Positions 10,816 through 20,091 of a stretch of 64,000 bases of DNA are shown here, piece by piece. Within the stretch, counting starts at the first letter, position 1; each line of letters begins with the position of its first letter. Location: contig JAJYXV010000003.1 of NCBI GenBank assembly GCA_021801565.1, positions 132,894 through 196,893 of the forward strand, read 5' to 3'. Source of the stretch: a bacterium. Its GTDB lineage: Bacteria > Patescibacteriota > Minisyncoccia > UBA6257 > GWB1-50-10. A program made the position numbers and the translations under genes. The notes below the pieces were generated by a model that was not told where the DNA came from, did no database searches, and was given only the letters and a program-made list of their open reading frames with translations.

Positions 10816-11052
10816 ATGGCAAAAGTGATTATATATTCAACGCCGACATGTGTATTTTGCAAAATGGCAAAAACGTATTTTAACGAACATAATGTCCAGT
10901 TTGAAGACAAAAATGTAATGACTGATATCTCCGCACAAGAAGAAATGATTAAAAAGTCGGGTCAACTCGGAGTTCCGGTAATTGATATAGACGGGAAGAT
11001 TATTGTTGGTTTCGATAAACCGAAAATTTCATCTCTTTTAAATATAAAATAA
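10816..11052 (+). CDS. glutaredoxin-like protein (YruB/NrdH type)
   Basis: 78 aa with a CVFC active site near the N-terminus and a thioredoxin-fold pattern (GVPVIDIDGKIIVGFD). Confidence 0.8.
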   Translation: MAKVIIYSTPTCVFCKMAKTYFNEHNVQFEDKNVMTDISAQEEMIKKSGQLGVPVIDIDGKIIVGFDKPKISSLLNIK

Positions 11053-11145
11053 AATTTTATTCCCCGGCGATCTTTCGCTGGGGAAATTGGGGAGATGCCA
11101 ATGTAGCCCCGCCAGAGGCGGGCAAGTCAGTTGGTAGATTTACCC

Positions 11146-11217
11146 GCCGAAGTAGCTCAGTGGTAGAGCAATCGCTTCGTAAGCGATGGGTCGTGAGTTC
11201 AACTCTCACCTTCGGCT
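11146..11217 (+). tRNA. tRNA-Thr (anticodon CGT)
   Basis: Cloverleaf folded by hand. The acceptor stem is gccgaag/cttcggc, the D-arm gctc-agtggta-gagc, and the T-arm gtgag-ttcaact-ctcac. The anticodon loop ttCGTaa has stem atcgc/gcgat. Confidence 0.85.
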
Positions 11218-11312
11218 CAAAATATAATGGAATGGGAGGATATCTTTTCACTGTAGATAAGGGAGCGGAATAATCCACAATTGGAGAAATATATAAGGAG
11301 TATAATTAATAC

Positions 11313-11579
11313 ATGAGCAAAAAACTTCTTATTGCGACCATAGTTGCATTGGTTCTTCTTGCTGCGGGGTATTGGTATTGGAAAAGCACCTTACTTTCTC
11401 CTGAAGAGCAAGCACTTCAAAAAGCCGAAGAAAGTACAAAAACTATCACAGAAAGTGCCACACAAGGAGTGCTCCCGCCTTTGAATGTTCAATCAAATCC
11501 CGTCGGTAATCTTCCTGATACAAATCCGGTAAATAAAACAAATCTATTTTCGGACATTAAAACAAATCCATTTCGATAG
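11313..11579 (+). CDS. hypothetical small membrane-anchored/secreted protein
   Basis: 88 aa with an N-terminal hydrophobic helix. The call rests on the ORF and a good RBS context only. Confidence 0.4.
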   Translation: MSKKLLIATIVALVLLAAGYWYWKSTLLSPEEQALQKAEESTKTITESATQGVLPPLNVQSNPVGNLPDTNPVNKTNLFSDIKTNPFR

Positions 11580-11611
11580 GGGTCATTTTATTTATATCAA
11601 CAATAAATTAT

Positions 11612-13486
11612 ATGAAACATCAATATTTTTTAAGTATATGTGTGCTTGTGGTGGGTGTTGTGATTTCTACGTTTCTTATTTCAGATAAAGCCGCTGGGCA
11701 AACGGGAATAACTTCTGAGGGTAATGTAAATATTACATATCCAGTAGCAGAACTCGGCAATTGTGCAAATGAAACTGCTTGTCGCGCTTACTGTGATGAC
11801 GCGGCGCATTTGAACGCCTGTCTTACATTTGCCGAAAAAAACAAACTTATGTCGAGAGACGAACTTCAGACAGCGAAAAAATTTGCAAAAGTGGGAAAGG
11901 GTCCGGGGGGATGCACAACAAAAGAATCATGTGATCTCTATTGTGATGATGTTTCTCATATTAATGAATGTGTAACGTTCGCGGAACAGAATGATTTGAT
12001 GTCTCAAAATGAGCTTGCGGAGGCAAAAAAAGTACAAGCGGCTATTGCGAAAGGCGTGAAACCGCCAGCGTGTGGAGGGAAAGAAAAATGCGACAAGTAT
12101 TGCAGTGACCCGACGCATATGGAAGAATGCTTCGCTTTTGGGAAAGCTGCTGGTTTTATGAGTGATAAGGAAATTCAGGAATCGGAAAAAGTACTTACCG
12201 CAATAAAAAAAGGCGTGAAACCGCCTGCGTGTAATGGAAAAAAAGAATGTGATACATATTGCAGGGATACAGCACATATGGAAGAGTGTATGACATTTGC
12301 TCTCGCCGCAGGGTTTATGAGTAAGGAAGAAGCGGCAGATTCACAAAAGATGCTTCAAGCGATAAAAAAAGGTGTGAAACCACCTGCATGCAATGGGAAA
12401 GAGGAGTGTGAAAAATATTGTAATGAAGAAAGTCATATTGATGAATGTATTACATTTGCGGAGGCCGCAGGATTTATGAGGCCAGAGGAAGCGGAAATGG
12501 CGAGAAAAACTGGCGGAAAAGGACCTGGTGGATGTACGAACAAAGAAGAATGTGAAGCATTCTGTAATAATCCAACAAATCAGGAATTATGTTTTAGTTT
12601 TGGAAAAGATCATGGAATGATTCCAGAAGGAGAACTCCAAAAAATAGAAGAAGGGAAAAAACAATTTTCCGAGTCACTTCATCAGGCTCCTCCGGAAGTA
12701 CTTACTTGTATTTCAAGTGCAGTAGGGAACGATAATTTTGAAAAGTTAAGAGATGGTACTATGATGCCGTCGCGCGATTTGGGAGATAAAATGGGAGAAT
12801 GTTTTCGGCAGATGGGAGGAGGAACTGGTGCGCCAGGAGAAGGTGGGTTTATGCCACCAGCGGGACAATCAGGTCCTGGGGGATGTAAAACACCCGAAGA
12901 ATGTAAATCTTATTGTGCTACCAATCCTGAAGCGTGTAAAAATTTTGGATCGTTTCAAGGAGAAAATCGACGGGACGAAGGGGGATCCGGCAATTCGCAG
13001 GGCGTGCCAAGTGGCACAATAATACCGCCAGGGCAAAGTGGTCCCGGAGGATGCAGGACCGCGGAAGAATGTAGATCATTTTGCGAATCAAATCCGGAAG
13101 CATGCGCAAATTTCAGACCAAATATAGGACCGCAAAATGGAGAACTAAATGAAAAACGAGAAATCATACCTGGGGGACCGAATGGACGAATGGAACCGGG
13201 TGAACGAAGAGAAATAATGATACCAGATAAGTCTGAGACAATGGGGTTGGAAAACGGAGGAGTAATACAAAAGTTTTTTGAACAGATGCCGAAGTTTCCT
13301 CTGAATGCGGGAAATCCGCTCAATCCATGTCCACCTGGAGCGCAATGTGGTTCTGGACAAAATGTACCACAAGGTATCGCGCCACGATTGGAACCTGAAG
13401 GAAATTTTATGCCACCACAAGGTCAGCAGTCAATGCAGCAATTTCAACCTCCAATAAATATTTCACCACCTTCAACAAATAATTAG
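11612..13486 (+). CDS. secreted cysteine-rich tandem-repeat protein (about 8 copies of a ~50-aa C-x3-EC-x2-YC-x7-EC module) with a Pro/Gly/Gln-rich C-terminus
   Basis: An N-terminal signal/TM is followed by repeats CxxxxxCxxYCxDxxHxxECxTFAxxxxxMSxxExxxxxKxxxAIxKGVKPPA. The C-terminus carries GPGGC..EEC..C..NPEAC.NF variants. Confidence 0.7.
   Translation: MKHQYFLSICVLVVGVVISTFLISDKAAGQTGITSEGNVNITYPVAELGNCANETACRAYCDDAAHLNACLTFAEKNKLMSRDELQTAKKFAKVGKGPGGCTTKESCDLYCDDVSHINECVTFAEQNDLMSQNELAEAKKVQAAIAKGVKPPACGGKEKCDKYCSDPTHMEECFAFGKAAGFMSDKEIQESEKVLTAIKKGVKPPACNGKKECDTYCRDTAHMEECMTFALAAGFMSKEEAADSQKMLQAIKKGVKPPACNGKEECEKYCNEESHIDECITFAEAAGFMRPEEAEMARKTGGKGPGGCTNKEECEAFCNNPTNQELCFSFGKDHGMIPEGELQKIEEGKKQFSESLHQAPPEVLTCISSAVGNDNFEKLRDGTMMPSRDLGDKMGECFRQMGGGTGAPGEGGFMPPAGQSGPGGCKTPEECKSYCATNPEACKNFGSFQGENRRDEGGSGNSQGVPSGTIIPPGQSGPGGCRTAEECRSFCESNPEACANFRPNIGPQNGELNEKREIIPGGPNGRMEPGERREIMIPDKSETMGLENGGVIQKFFEQMPKFPLNAGNPLNPCPPGAQCGSGQNVPQGIAPRLEPEGNFMPPQGQQSMQQFQPPINISPPSTNN
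11762..12671 (+). repeat. tandem ~150-159-bp coding repeats inside the Cys-rich protein gene
   Basis: At nucleotide level, AAAGG(C/T)GTGAAACC(G/A)CC(A/T)GC(G/A)TG recurs at about 12049, 12213 and 12367. The same is visible as protein repeats. Confidence 0.65.
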
Positions 13487-13495
13487 ATTTGAGAT

Positions 13496-14103
13496 AATGA
13501 CCTCCTCCCCGGACTCCACTTTGTTGCGTCCGGGGTTTCCTTTTTTGGCATGAGGATTCAAAACAACTTGATGCGTTTTGGCATATCGTGTTTGCTTTGC
13601 CACTCAATGTATTTTTTGATCTGTGATTCATTGAGTCCAATGGTGGATGAAAAATATCCAACACTCCAGATGCCGTCCTTCTCAAGATAAATGTCTTTGA
13701 TATATCTAAACTTCTTTCTAAGCGCTAAGCTACTTGCTGATTTCAATTTCTGGACGGCATCTGATACTGCGATATTCGGCGGTATTTCAATTTGAATGTG
13801 TACATGATCATTATTTGCATTCATGGATTCAATCCAGAGTGTTGGATATTTCTTGCATGTTTCGGACAGACTTTTTTTCAATTCGGGAAGTACATACGAT
13901 TTGAGTATCTTCCGTCGATATTTTGTACCCCACACAATATGATATTGGTGTTGGTATGAAGAATGATTGAGATGTTGAATCCTCATGAGACTAGCCTACC
14001 ACAGCTACGCTGTGGTAGGTAAGCGGTTCCATTCATCCCCGCACTCCGAGAGCTCTATACAATGGATGACGCTCTCTTCGTGCGGGGTTTCCTGGTAATT
14101 AAA
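13496..14103 (-). mobile_element. IS200/IS605-family insertion sequence (tnpA only) with subterminal hairpin ends
   Basis: A Y1 transposase gene sits inside. The left hairpin is ccccggac-N13-gtccgggg (13508-13537) and the right hairpin is ccccgcac-N-gtgcgggg (14034-14077). Both ends recur as a tnpA-less copy at 24568-24747. Confidence 0.8.
13558..13986 (-). CDS. tnpA: IS200-like Y1 (HUH) transposase TnpA
   Basis: 142 aa. It carries YHIVWGTKYRR, the HUH motif HVHIQIEIPP and the catalytic Tyr region SVGYFSSTIG. Confidence 0.9.
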   Translation of the reverse strand: MRIQHLNHSSYQHQYHIVWGTKYRRKILKSYVLPELKKSLSETCKKYPTLWIESMNANNDHVHIQIEIPPNIAVSDAVQKLKSASSLALRKKFRYIKDIYLEKDGIWSVGYFSSTIGLNESQIKKYIEWQSKHDMPKRIKLF

Positions 14104-14106
14104 AAA

Positions 14107-14150
14107 CACCACTCTTTGTAAATGAAAGAGTGGTGTTCGATTTTATTTTG
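14107..14150 (+). terminator. hairpin caccactcttt-gtaaatg-aaagagtggtg followed by a T-rich tract
   Basis: Seen directly. It abuts the IS end. Confidence 0.4.
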
Positions 14151-14443
14151 TTGTATTTTTAACTATAATTGGGACATGAATTCTGATGGAAAAAATTATC
14201 GGAACTTGCTTGAACATACCCTGCTAGAGTGACTTTGTTTGGCTGGCGTTTGGTAGGGGCATAGATTGCGGAATAGAGCTAAAAAAGAAGAAAATATCGC
14301 ATATGAAAAAGGAAGGTACTATGACGTGTCATAGCGGCAGAGGTAAGGAAAGTTACTAATAACTAATTACCGATGATTATATAAATTCAAAATTCAAATT
14401 TTAGAAATCAGAGATTACTACATTTAATTAAAATTTAAGTTCT

Positions 14444-15148
14444 ATGGATCAAAACAAATATAACGGCGTTTACCTTTCGGTACTTGCGGGAGCGGGAGGA
14501 GATGATGCAAAAGATTGGGCACAGATGCTTCTTCGGATGTATGAAAAATGTGCAGACAAGAAAGGATGGAAAAAACAATATGTGAATGATATTACAATTT
14601 CACTGAGAGGCGACGGGGTGTATGAATATTTGAAAGGAGAATCGGGGGTACATCGTTTGGTACGTATTTCTCCGTTTGACGCAAAAAAATTGAGACACAC
14701 TTCATTTGCACTTGTTGAAGTGTTACCAATTTTGCCACAAGTGGAAGTTTCAAAAATTCAAATTCCAGAAAAAGACATAAAAATAGATTTTTTCCGCTCA
14801 TCAGGACCTGGAGGACAGAATGTCAATAAAGTTGAAACCGCAGTGCGGGTGAGTCATTTACCAACAGGAATTGTGGTTTCTTCGCAGTCAGAACGCTCAC
14901 AGAGTGCGAATAGAGATAAAGCAATGGAGTTGTTGAAGATAAAACTTATTGCACTTATGCAGGAAAAACATGAAACCGCAATAGAAAACTTAAAAGTAAA
15001 AGTAAAACCTGAGTGGGGGCACGAAATTCGATCGTATGTACTTCACCCATATAAACAGGTGAAAAATCATGAAACGGGACTTAAAATTTCTCGTGTTGAT
15101 GAGGTATTAGATGGAAATCTTGATCTATTGGTAGATATTGGGCGGTAA
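14444..15148 (+). CDS. prfB: peptide chain release factor 2-like protein lacking N-terminal domain 1 (234 aa)
   Basis: The RF2-type SPF motif (RISPFDAKKLRHTSF) and the GGQ motif (SSGPGGQNVNKVETAVR) are both present. The protein begins at the AGAGGDDAKDWAQMLLRMY region, which is the start of domain 2. There is an in-frame stop 15 nt upstream. It is followed by ftsE and ftsX, as in Bacillus. Confidence 0.8.
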   Translation: MDQNKYNGVYLSVLAGAGGDDAKDWAQMLLRMYEKCADKKGWKKQYVNDITISLRGDGVYEYLKGESGVHRLVRISPFDAKKLRHTSFALVEVLPILPQVEVSKIQIPEKDIKIDFFRSSGPGGQNVNKVETAVRVSHLPTGIVVSSQSERSQSANRDKAMELLKIKLIALMQEKHETAIENLKVKVKPEWGHEIRSYVLHPYKQVKNHETGLKISRVDEVLDGNLDLLVDIGR

Positions 15149-15219
15149 ATAGGGTATAATAATACAAAAGGAGCGAGGAGCTCAATTTTATTGCCTCCTC
15201 TTTATTAGATAAAATTGAC

Positions 15220-15903
15220 ATGATTATTTTTCAAAATGTAACGAAAACCTATAACCATGGGATGGTCGCCCTCGATAAAGTAAGCTTTAAAATACAGCCG
15301 AATGAGTTTGTCTCGATTGTGGGACGTTCCGGAGCTGGGAAATCAACCATTATTAAGCTTTTAATTGGTGAGGAAAAACCTACAAAGGGACAGGTATTTT
15401 TCGGTTCATATGAAGTGAATAAATTAAAGTCAAAGGAACTTCCTGAATTTAGGCGACACATTGGTGTTATCTTCCAGGACTTCCGTCTTCTCTCAAAGAA
15501 AACTGCATTTGAGAACGTTGCCTTTGCACTTGAAGTGAATGGACGACCACAGAAAGAAATTAACGAACTCGTTCCTCAGGTAATGGAAATGGTGGGGATT
15601 AAAGATAAAATGCTTAATTTCCCGGCAGAACTTTCCGGTGGGGAAAAACAGCGGGTTGCGATCGCACGCGCAATGATTAATCGTCCCGATGTGATCATTG
15701 CCGACGAACCAACAGGAAACCTTGATCCATTTAATACGTGGGAGGTTATAAAGTTACTTACAAAGATTAATGAACTAGGAAGTACGGTTATCCTCGCAAC
15801 GCATGATAAAGAAATTGTGAATACTTTGGGGCAACGAGTGATCACTGTCGATGGCGGTCGTCTCATCAAAGACGAGGCAAATGGTCGTTTTATTATTGGA
15901 TAA
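15220..15903 (+). CDS. ftsE: cell-division ABC transporter ATP-binding protein FtsE
   Basis: Walker A (GRSGAGKST), ABC signature ([14 protein letters not shown]) and Walker B ([11 protein letters not shown]) are present. The gene is adjacent to ftsX. Confidence 0.9.
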   Translation: MIIFQNVTKTYNHGMVALDKVSFKIQPNEFVSIVGRSGAGKSTIIKLLIGEEKPTKGQVFFGSYEVNKLKSKELPEFRRHIGVIFQDFRLLSKKTAFENVAFALEVNGRPQKEINELVPQVMEMVGIKDKMLNFPAELSGGEKQRVAIARAMINRPDVIIADEPTGNLDPFNTWEVIKLLTKINELGSTVILATHDKEIVNTLGQRVITVDGGRLIKDEANGRFIIG

Positions 15904-15909
15904 AATTAT

Positions 15910-16818
15910 ATGATGGTAAAAATATCAAGAATTATTCGTTACGGGGTGAGCAACTTTTTTAGAAACGGATGGCTTTCGCTTTCCACGATTGGCATTATGA
16001 TTCTCGCACTTATTGTGTTTGAAGGGCTTATTGTTTTTAATGTGATGGCAAAAGGAACGGTGAATGCATTACAAGATAAAATTGATATCAGTGTGTATTT
16101 TAAGAGTAATGTTGCTGAAGATTCTATTTTAAATATAAAACGATCTCTCGAAGGGTTGGTTGAAGTAAAAGCGGTACAATATGTCTCACGGGACGAGGCG
16201 CTCGCAGAATTTAAGAAGGCACATGCAGACGAGGAAGTAATTACGCAAACACTTGACCAACTCGAAGAAAACCCTCTTCTTGCATCGATAAATATAAAGG
16301 CGAATGATCCGCGCCACTATGATACGATTGCAGAATATCTGGATAAACCAGTTTTTAAAAATCTTATAGAAAAAGTGACCTACACACAGAATCATGTAGT
16401 GATTGATCGCCTAGTTGCACTTGTTGATACTGTAAAAAATGGGGGAGCATTGCTTACCGTATTTCTTTCTTTCCTCGCGGTAATGATTACATTTAACACC
16501 ATTCGATTAGCAATTTTTTCAAACAGTGAACAAATCAGCGTCATGCGTCTCGTGGGAGCTTCAAATAATTTTATCCGCGGACCGTACATTGTTGAAGGGA
16601 TTATGTATGGTATTATCGCGGCGATAGTGGGATTTCTTGTGTTCATCCCGATTATTAATTTTGTTTCTCCTTATGTTTCGAATTTTATTCCTGAAATAAA
16701 TCTGAATGAATATTTTAATCAAAATTTTCTTTCACTTTTTACTTATCAGTTGCTCTTTGGAATTGGATTGGGAATTCTCTCGGGTGTGGTGGCGATCAGA
16801 AAATATCTGCATGTTTAG
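15910..16818 (+). CDS. ftsX: cell-division ABC transporter permease FtsX
   Basis: 302 aa with 4 TM helices and a periplasmic loop, the typical FtsX topology. It lies immediately downstream of ftsE. Confidence 0.85.
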   Translation: MMVKISRIIRYGVSNFFRNGWLSLSTIGIMILALIVFEGLIVFNVMAKGTVNALQDKIDISVYFKSNVAEDSILNIKRSLEGLVEVKAVQYVSRDEALAEFKKAHADEEVITQTLDQLEENPLLASINIKANDPRHYDTIAEYLDKPVFKNLIEKVTYTQNHVVIDRLVALVDTVKNGGALLTVFLSFLAVMITFNTIRLAIFSNSEQISVMRLVGASNNFIRGPYIVEGIMYGIIAAIVGFLVFIPIINFVSPYVSNFIPEINLNEYFNQNFLSLFTYQLLFGIGLGILSGVVAIRKYLHV

Positions 16819-16875
16819 TTAAAATGTAAATTAAAACCCTCTGATTATGTATCAGAGGGTTTTAATTTACTGAAT

Positions 16876-16949
16876 TGGTCGGGATGCAGGGAGTCGAACC
16901 CTGACTACAAGACCCCCAGCCTTGCGTACTACCGCTATACTACATCCCG
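16876..16949 (-). tRNA. tRNA-Pro (anticodon GGG), CCA encoded
   Basis: The reverse complement folds as a cloverleaf. The acceptor stem is cgggatg/catcccg, the T-arm caggg-ttcgact-ccctg, the anticodon loop ctGGGgg, and the 3' end is CCA. Confidence 0.8.
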
Positions 16950-17140
16950 GTATATTTATCCCGTAGGAAGCGGAGCTTCCCTTCGGGGCTACAGCCCGAA
17001 AAGATCTATTTTATTATACTCAAAGATAGGTATATTAATAGTTAGGGATGAACCCGGTAGTGATCCACTAATTGGCTGACTCTAGGTAGACATTTTTATA
17101 TTTTTAGTTTAGAATATAAAACAGTTTTTAAACATATGAG

Positions 17141-17356
17141 GTGAATATGTCAGATAAAACAATTGCACCGGACAGATCCTTTGATCCAACAAAAGAAACT
17201 CAAGAAGAATATGAGTTTTCTGCTGTGTTTCCGATCATTGAGTTAAATCTTTCTCAGGGAACGATTAGTATCTTAAAAGGAGATAAACAGCAATTGAAGC
17301 CCTATCCGGGGGATAGGGGCGATGAAGCGGTTGTCGGCGATTTATATAAAAAATAA
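17141..17356 (+). CDS. hypothetical small acidic protein
   Basis: 71-aa ORF followed by a terminator hairpin. No recognisable motif. Confidence 0.3.
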   Translation: MNMSDKTIAPDRSFDPTKETQEEYEFSAVFPIIELNLSQGTISILKGDKQQLKPYPGDRGDEAVVGDLYKK

Positions 17357-17364
17357 TTTTTAAA

Positions 17365-17396
17365 ATCCCCCCATTAAATACTGGGGGATTTTTCTT
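17365..17396. terminator. bidirectional rho-independent terminator (atccccc-N11-gggggat, T-runs on both strands)
   Basis: The hairpin lies between the convergent ORF 17141-17356 and rpmB. Confidence 0.55.
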
Positions 17397-17591
17397 TTAT
17401 TTCTTTTTTGTTTTACTTAACGTTCTTAAACATGCAGTGCACACCTGTGATCGTTTTCCTGGGTGGAGAAGATTTGTCCACTGCAAATTTGCCTTCTTTT
17501 TTGTAAGGTTTGTCTGATTATAATGTCCGCGGAGAAGTTTTCTTGTTCCCCCCATTTTATATGATTTTCCACATTTTTCACACGCTCGCAT
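17397..17591 (-). CDS. rpmB: ribosomal protein bL28
   Basis: 64 aa. MRACEKCGKSYKMGG...RGHYNQTNLTKKKANLQWTNL fits the L28 pattern. Confidence 0.7.
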   Translation of the reverse strand: MRACEKCGKSYKMGGTRKLLRGHYNQTNLTKKKANLQWTNLLHPGKRSQVCTACLRTLSKTKKK

Positions 17592-17652
17592 ATATTTAAA
17601 TTACAGATGTATTATATCTATTTTTTGAGAAAATGCAAACTTTTTTTGTATC

Positions 17653-18309
17653 TTACCCGATAACTGTTTCTTTATAGCTCTTATCTCTGAAATCTATTTC
17701 ATAAAATTTCATATTTTCTCCTGACCCAACTTGCAGAATGATATTATTTTGAGCTTGAGAAATTTTGAATAGGACACTTCCAGAAATCGCGCTTTTTGCA
17801 GGCATTGAAGAGAACCGTCCGTTTGTTTTAAAGGGTTCTATATTATCACTATCTAATGCAACAATGCTAAATATTTTTGATGGATCAATTGATGAATATC
17901 CAGCTGCTTTGTTTGTATATATTTTAAAATTGACCGAAAGCGTATTATCGGAATTTTTATTTACGCTTTCTACAGAGAGGGAGAGATTTGTTTGAGGAAG
18001 AAGATCTGGATTTGATTGAATATCCATAAGAATCGCTGTTGGCACCGCAGCAATACTCGTGACTATATCTGTAGTTTGTTCTTCGGATGATGTTGTATTT
18101 TTAGCTCCTTGCGTCTCTTGTTTTTGTGGTTGTTCAACGGGCGTTGCCTGCCGCTCTTTATTTGCGAGTTCAAGTCCCATTTCCACATTTCTTACATCAG
18201 TACGGAGGGTTCCAATTGAGTCAAACGTAAAAAAGAACCCGGTAACAGCAAATATAAACACGATCGCAATTGCTATATATATACCGATATTTTTTCTTTC
18301 CATGCTCAT
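17653..18309 (-). CDS. hypothetical membrane-anchored extracytoplasmic protein
   Basis: 218 aa with an N-terminal TM helix and a Ser/Thr/Gln-rich linker. No motif recognised. Confidence 0.45.
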   Translation of the reverse strand: MSMERKNIGIYIAIAIVFIFAVTGFFFTFDSIGTLRTDVRNVEMGLELANKERQATPVEQPQKQETQGAKNTTSSEEQTTDIVTSIAAVPTAILMDIQSNPDLLPQTNLSLSVESVNKNSDNTLSVNFKIYTNKAAGYSSIDPSKIFSIVALDSDNIEPFKTNGRFSSMPAKSAISGSVLFKISQAQNNIILQVGSGENMKFYEIDFRDKSYKETVIG

Positions 18310-18340
18310 ATTATAGCATGGGGGCTGATTTTCATATATA

Positions 18341-18976
18341 ATGTTTATTATTATGGAGTTTATTATTTTATTTCAGATCATTGTTCTTATATTTTCAGTA
18401 GTGATACACGAAGTATCGCACGGATATGTTGCTGAGGAATTAGGAGATTCCACTGCCCGTGATATGGGGCGATTGACATTGAATCCGTTGAAACATATTG
18501 ATCCGTTTGGTTCCATTATTCTTCCGCTTCTTATGTCTCTTATTCCAGGAGGAATTATTCTTGGATGGGCGAAACCTGTGCCGTACAATCCCTTCAATTT
18601 AAAAGATCCTAAAAAAGGAGGAGCACTTATCGCTGCAGCTGGTCCGGCGAGCAACCTTGTTGTTGCATTCATATTTTCTATTTTTTATCGCCTCTTTATG
18701 TATGTGCCAAATGTGGGCGGAGCACTTATTACACTTGAACCTCTCTTTGCTTCAATAGTAATGATTAATATCATGCTGGCCATCTTTAATTTAGTGCCGA
18801 TTCCACCGCTTGATGGATCGAAAATTCTTTTTGCGCTAATTCCGAGGAAATTTGGATATGTGACAGAAATATTCGAGCGGTATGGATTTTTTATTTTAAT
18901 TATTTTTATATTTTTAGGGGTTGAGTTTCTTTCTCCAATTGTTCGTTTTTTGTACCGTCTTTTTATAGGGTTTTAA
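18341..18976 (+). CDS. site-2 protease family (peptidase M50) Zn-metalloprotease
   Basis: The HEVSH zinc motif sits in the first TM helix and the NLVPIPPLDGSKI (LDG) motif is present. The protein is polytopic. Confidence 0.7.
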   Translation: MFIIMEFIILFQIIVLIFSVVIHEVSHGYVAEELGDSTARDMGRLTLNPLKHIDPFGSIILPLLMSLIPGGIILGWAKPVPYNPFNLKDPKKGGALIAAAGPASNLVVAFIFSIFYRLFMYVPNVGGALITLEPLFASIVMINIMLAIFNLVPIPPLDGSKILFALIPRKFGYVTEIFERYGFFILIIFIFLGVEFLSPIVRFLYRLFIGF

Positions 18977-19012
18977 AAAAAACGGTACAATAGTACCGTT
19001 TTTTGTTTTGTT

Positions 19013-19330
19013 TTATAAACTGATTTCGAGAGAAATCACCCAGAGTGGACGTTCATATAAGTATAGTGGATCATATCCGGATGTTTCTATTTTTTTCTCG
19101 TGATATTTTACATCGAATCCATCTTTTTCCAGACATTCAATGAGTTCTTTCGCCTCACTTCTTGATTTTTCAAGTTCTGTTTTAGCAGCGAATGGCGTGA
19201 CAATAAAATTAATTGATTCTTTTTTATTTTCTTTTCCTCTCCAAATTTCCTGCCAGCACCGCATAAGGAGATAGTATTTCCGTACCAGAGAGAAGAATAT
19301 TTCCATGTCTTCCTCTTTTAGGATTAACAT
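19013..19330 (-). CDS. hypothetical protein
   Basis: 105-aa ORF. No motif recognised. Confidence 0.3.
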   Translation of the reverse strand: MLILKEEDMEIFFSLVRKYYLLMRCWQEIWRGKENKKESINFIVTPFAAKTELEKSRSEAKELIECLEKDGFDVKYHEKKIETSGYDPLYLYERPLWVISLEISL

Positions 19331-19458
19331 AAAACCTCCAAGGGTTGTTATTAAATTTATACTGTGGATATTTTAGTCTATATCCACAAATCTGACAATA
19401 TTGAAATGAGCGGGGCTGTTTATTTGGGTTGATCTCTCAATAAAATTTATGTGAGGGA

Positions 19459-19488
19459 TTGACAGAAAGTGAGGTTTTGCCTTATTCT
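19459..19488 (+). promoter_or_regulatory. candidate sigma70-type promoter (TTGACA, 17-18 nt spacer, TATTCT) upstream of the rpsL leader
   Basis: The TTGACA hexamer lies at 19459-19464. A GC-rich leader hairpin cctgcc-tgcggta-ggcagg lies at 19544-19562. Confidence 0.3.
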
Positions 19489-19677
19489 TATACCTGCTGC
19501 GTTTGCAGTAGCGTTTTTATGCCCAGTGAGTGCCTGCCTGCGGTAGGCAGGAAAACTCGATTTGTCCGCTTTGATGCGAACGGGATGGATGGGTAATAAA
19601 AACAAAAAGTCTATTATATAATAAACACTTATAAAAAGGAAAAAAGATATAAAAATATCGAGTTTCTACTACTGGGT

Positions 19678-20091
19678 ATGCCTACCGTATCTCAATTAAT
19701 CAAAAATGGAAGGAAGAGAATCTTAAAGAAGAAAAAGGTTCCAGCTCTTGGCACCTATTTTAATTATTTATTGAACAAGCCAGTTGACTCATCTTCGCCG
19801 TTTAAGCGGGGAGTTTGTCTTAAAGTATTCACCACTACGCCAAAAAAACCGAACTCGGCGCTTCGAAAAGTAGCGAGGGTACGTCTTACGAATGGAATGG
19901 AGGTGACCGCATATATTCCGGGAGAAGGACATAATCTCCAAGAACATTCTGTGGTGATGATCCGCGGGGGACGCGTAAAAGATCTTCCTGGAGTTCGATA
20001 TCATATCGTTCGCGGGGTACTTGATACGCAGGGAGTGAATGCACGCAAACAACAGCGATCAAAATACGGGGTAAAGAGGGAGAAAAAATAA
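19678..20091 (+). CDS. rpsL: ribosomal protein uS12 (with a short insertion)
   Basis: [11 protein letters not shown]...[18 protein letters not shown]...[21 protein letters not shown] is present. Confidence 0.95.
   Translation: MPTVSQLIKNGRKRILKKKKVPALGTYFNYLLNKPVDSSSPFKRGVCLKVFTTTPKKPNSALRKVARVRLTNGMEVTAYIPGEGHNLQEHSVVMIRGGRVKDLPGVRYHIVRGVLDTQGVNARKQQRSKYGVKREKK

Noticed and set aside
11057-11278. Minus-strand ORF overlapping tRNA-Thr. The same applies to ORFs 23783-23986 over tRNA-Gly and 37586-37885 over tRNA-Gln and its terminator.
   Set aside because: They overlap confidently folded tRNA genes and terminator hairpins. No coding signal is seen.
14176-14357. Possible RF2 programmed +1 frameshift leader (short ORF ending GAG-TGA-C at 14230).
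   Set aside because: The +1 frame runs into a TAA at 14357 and another stop at 14429 before the RF2 ORF. The translated peptide has no resemblance to RF2 domain 1.
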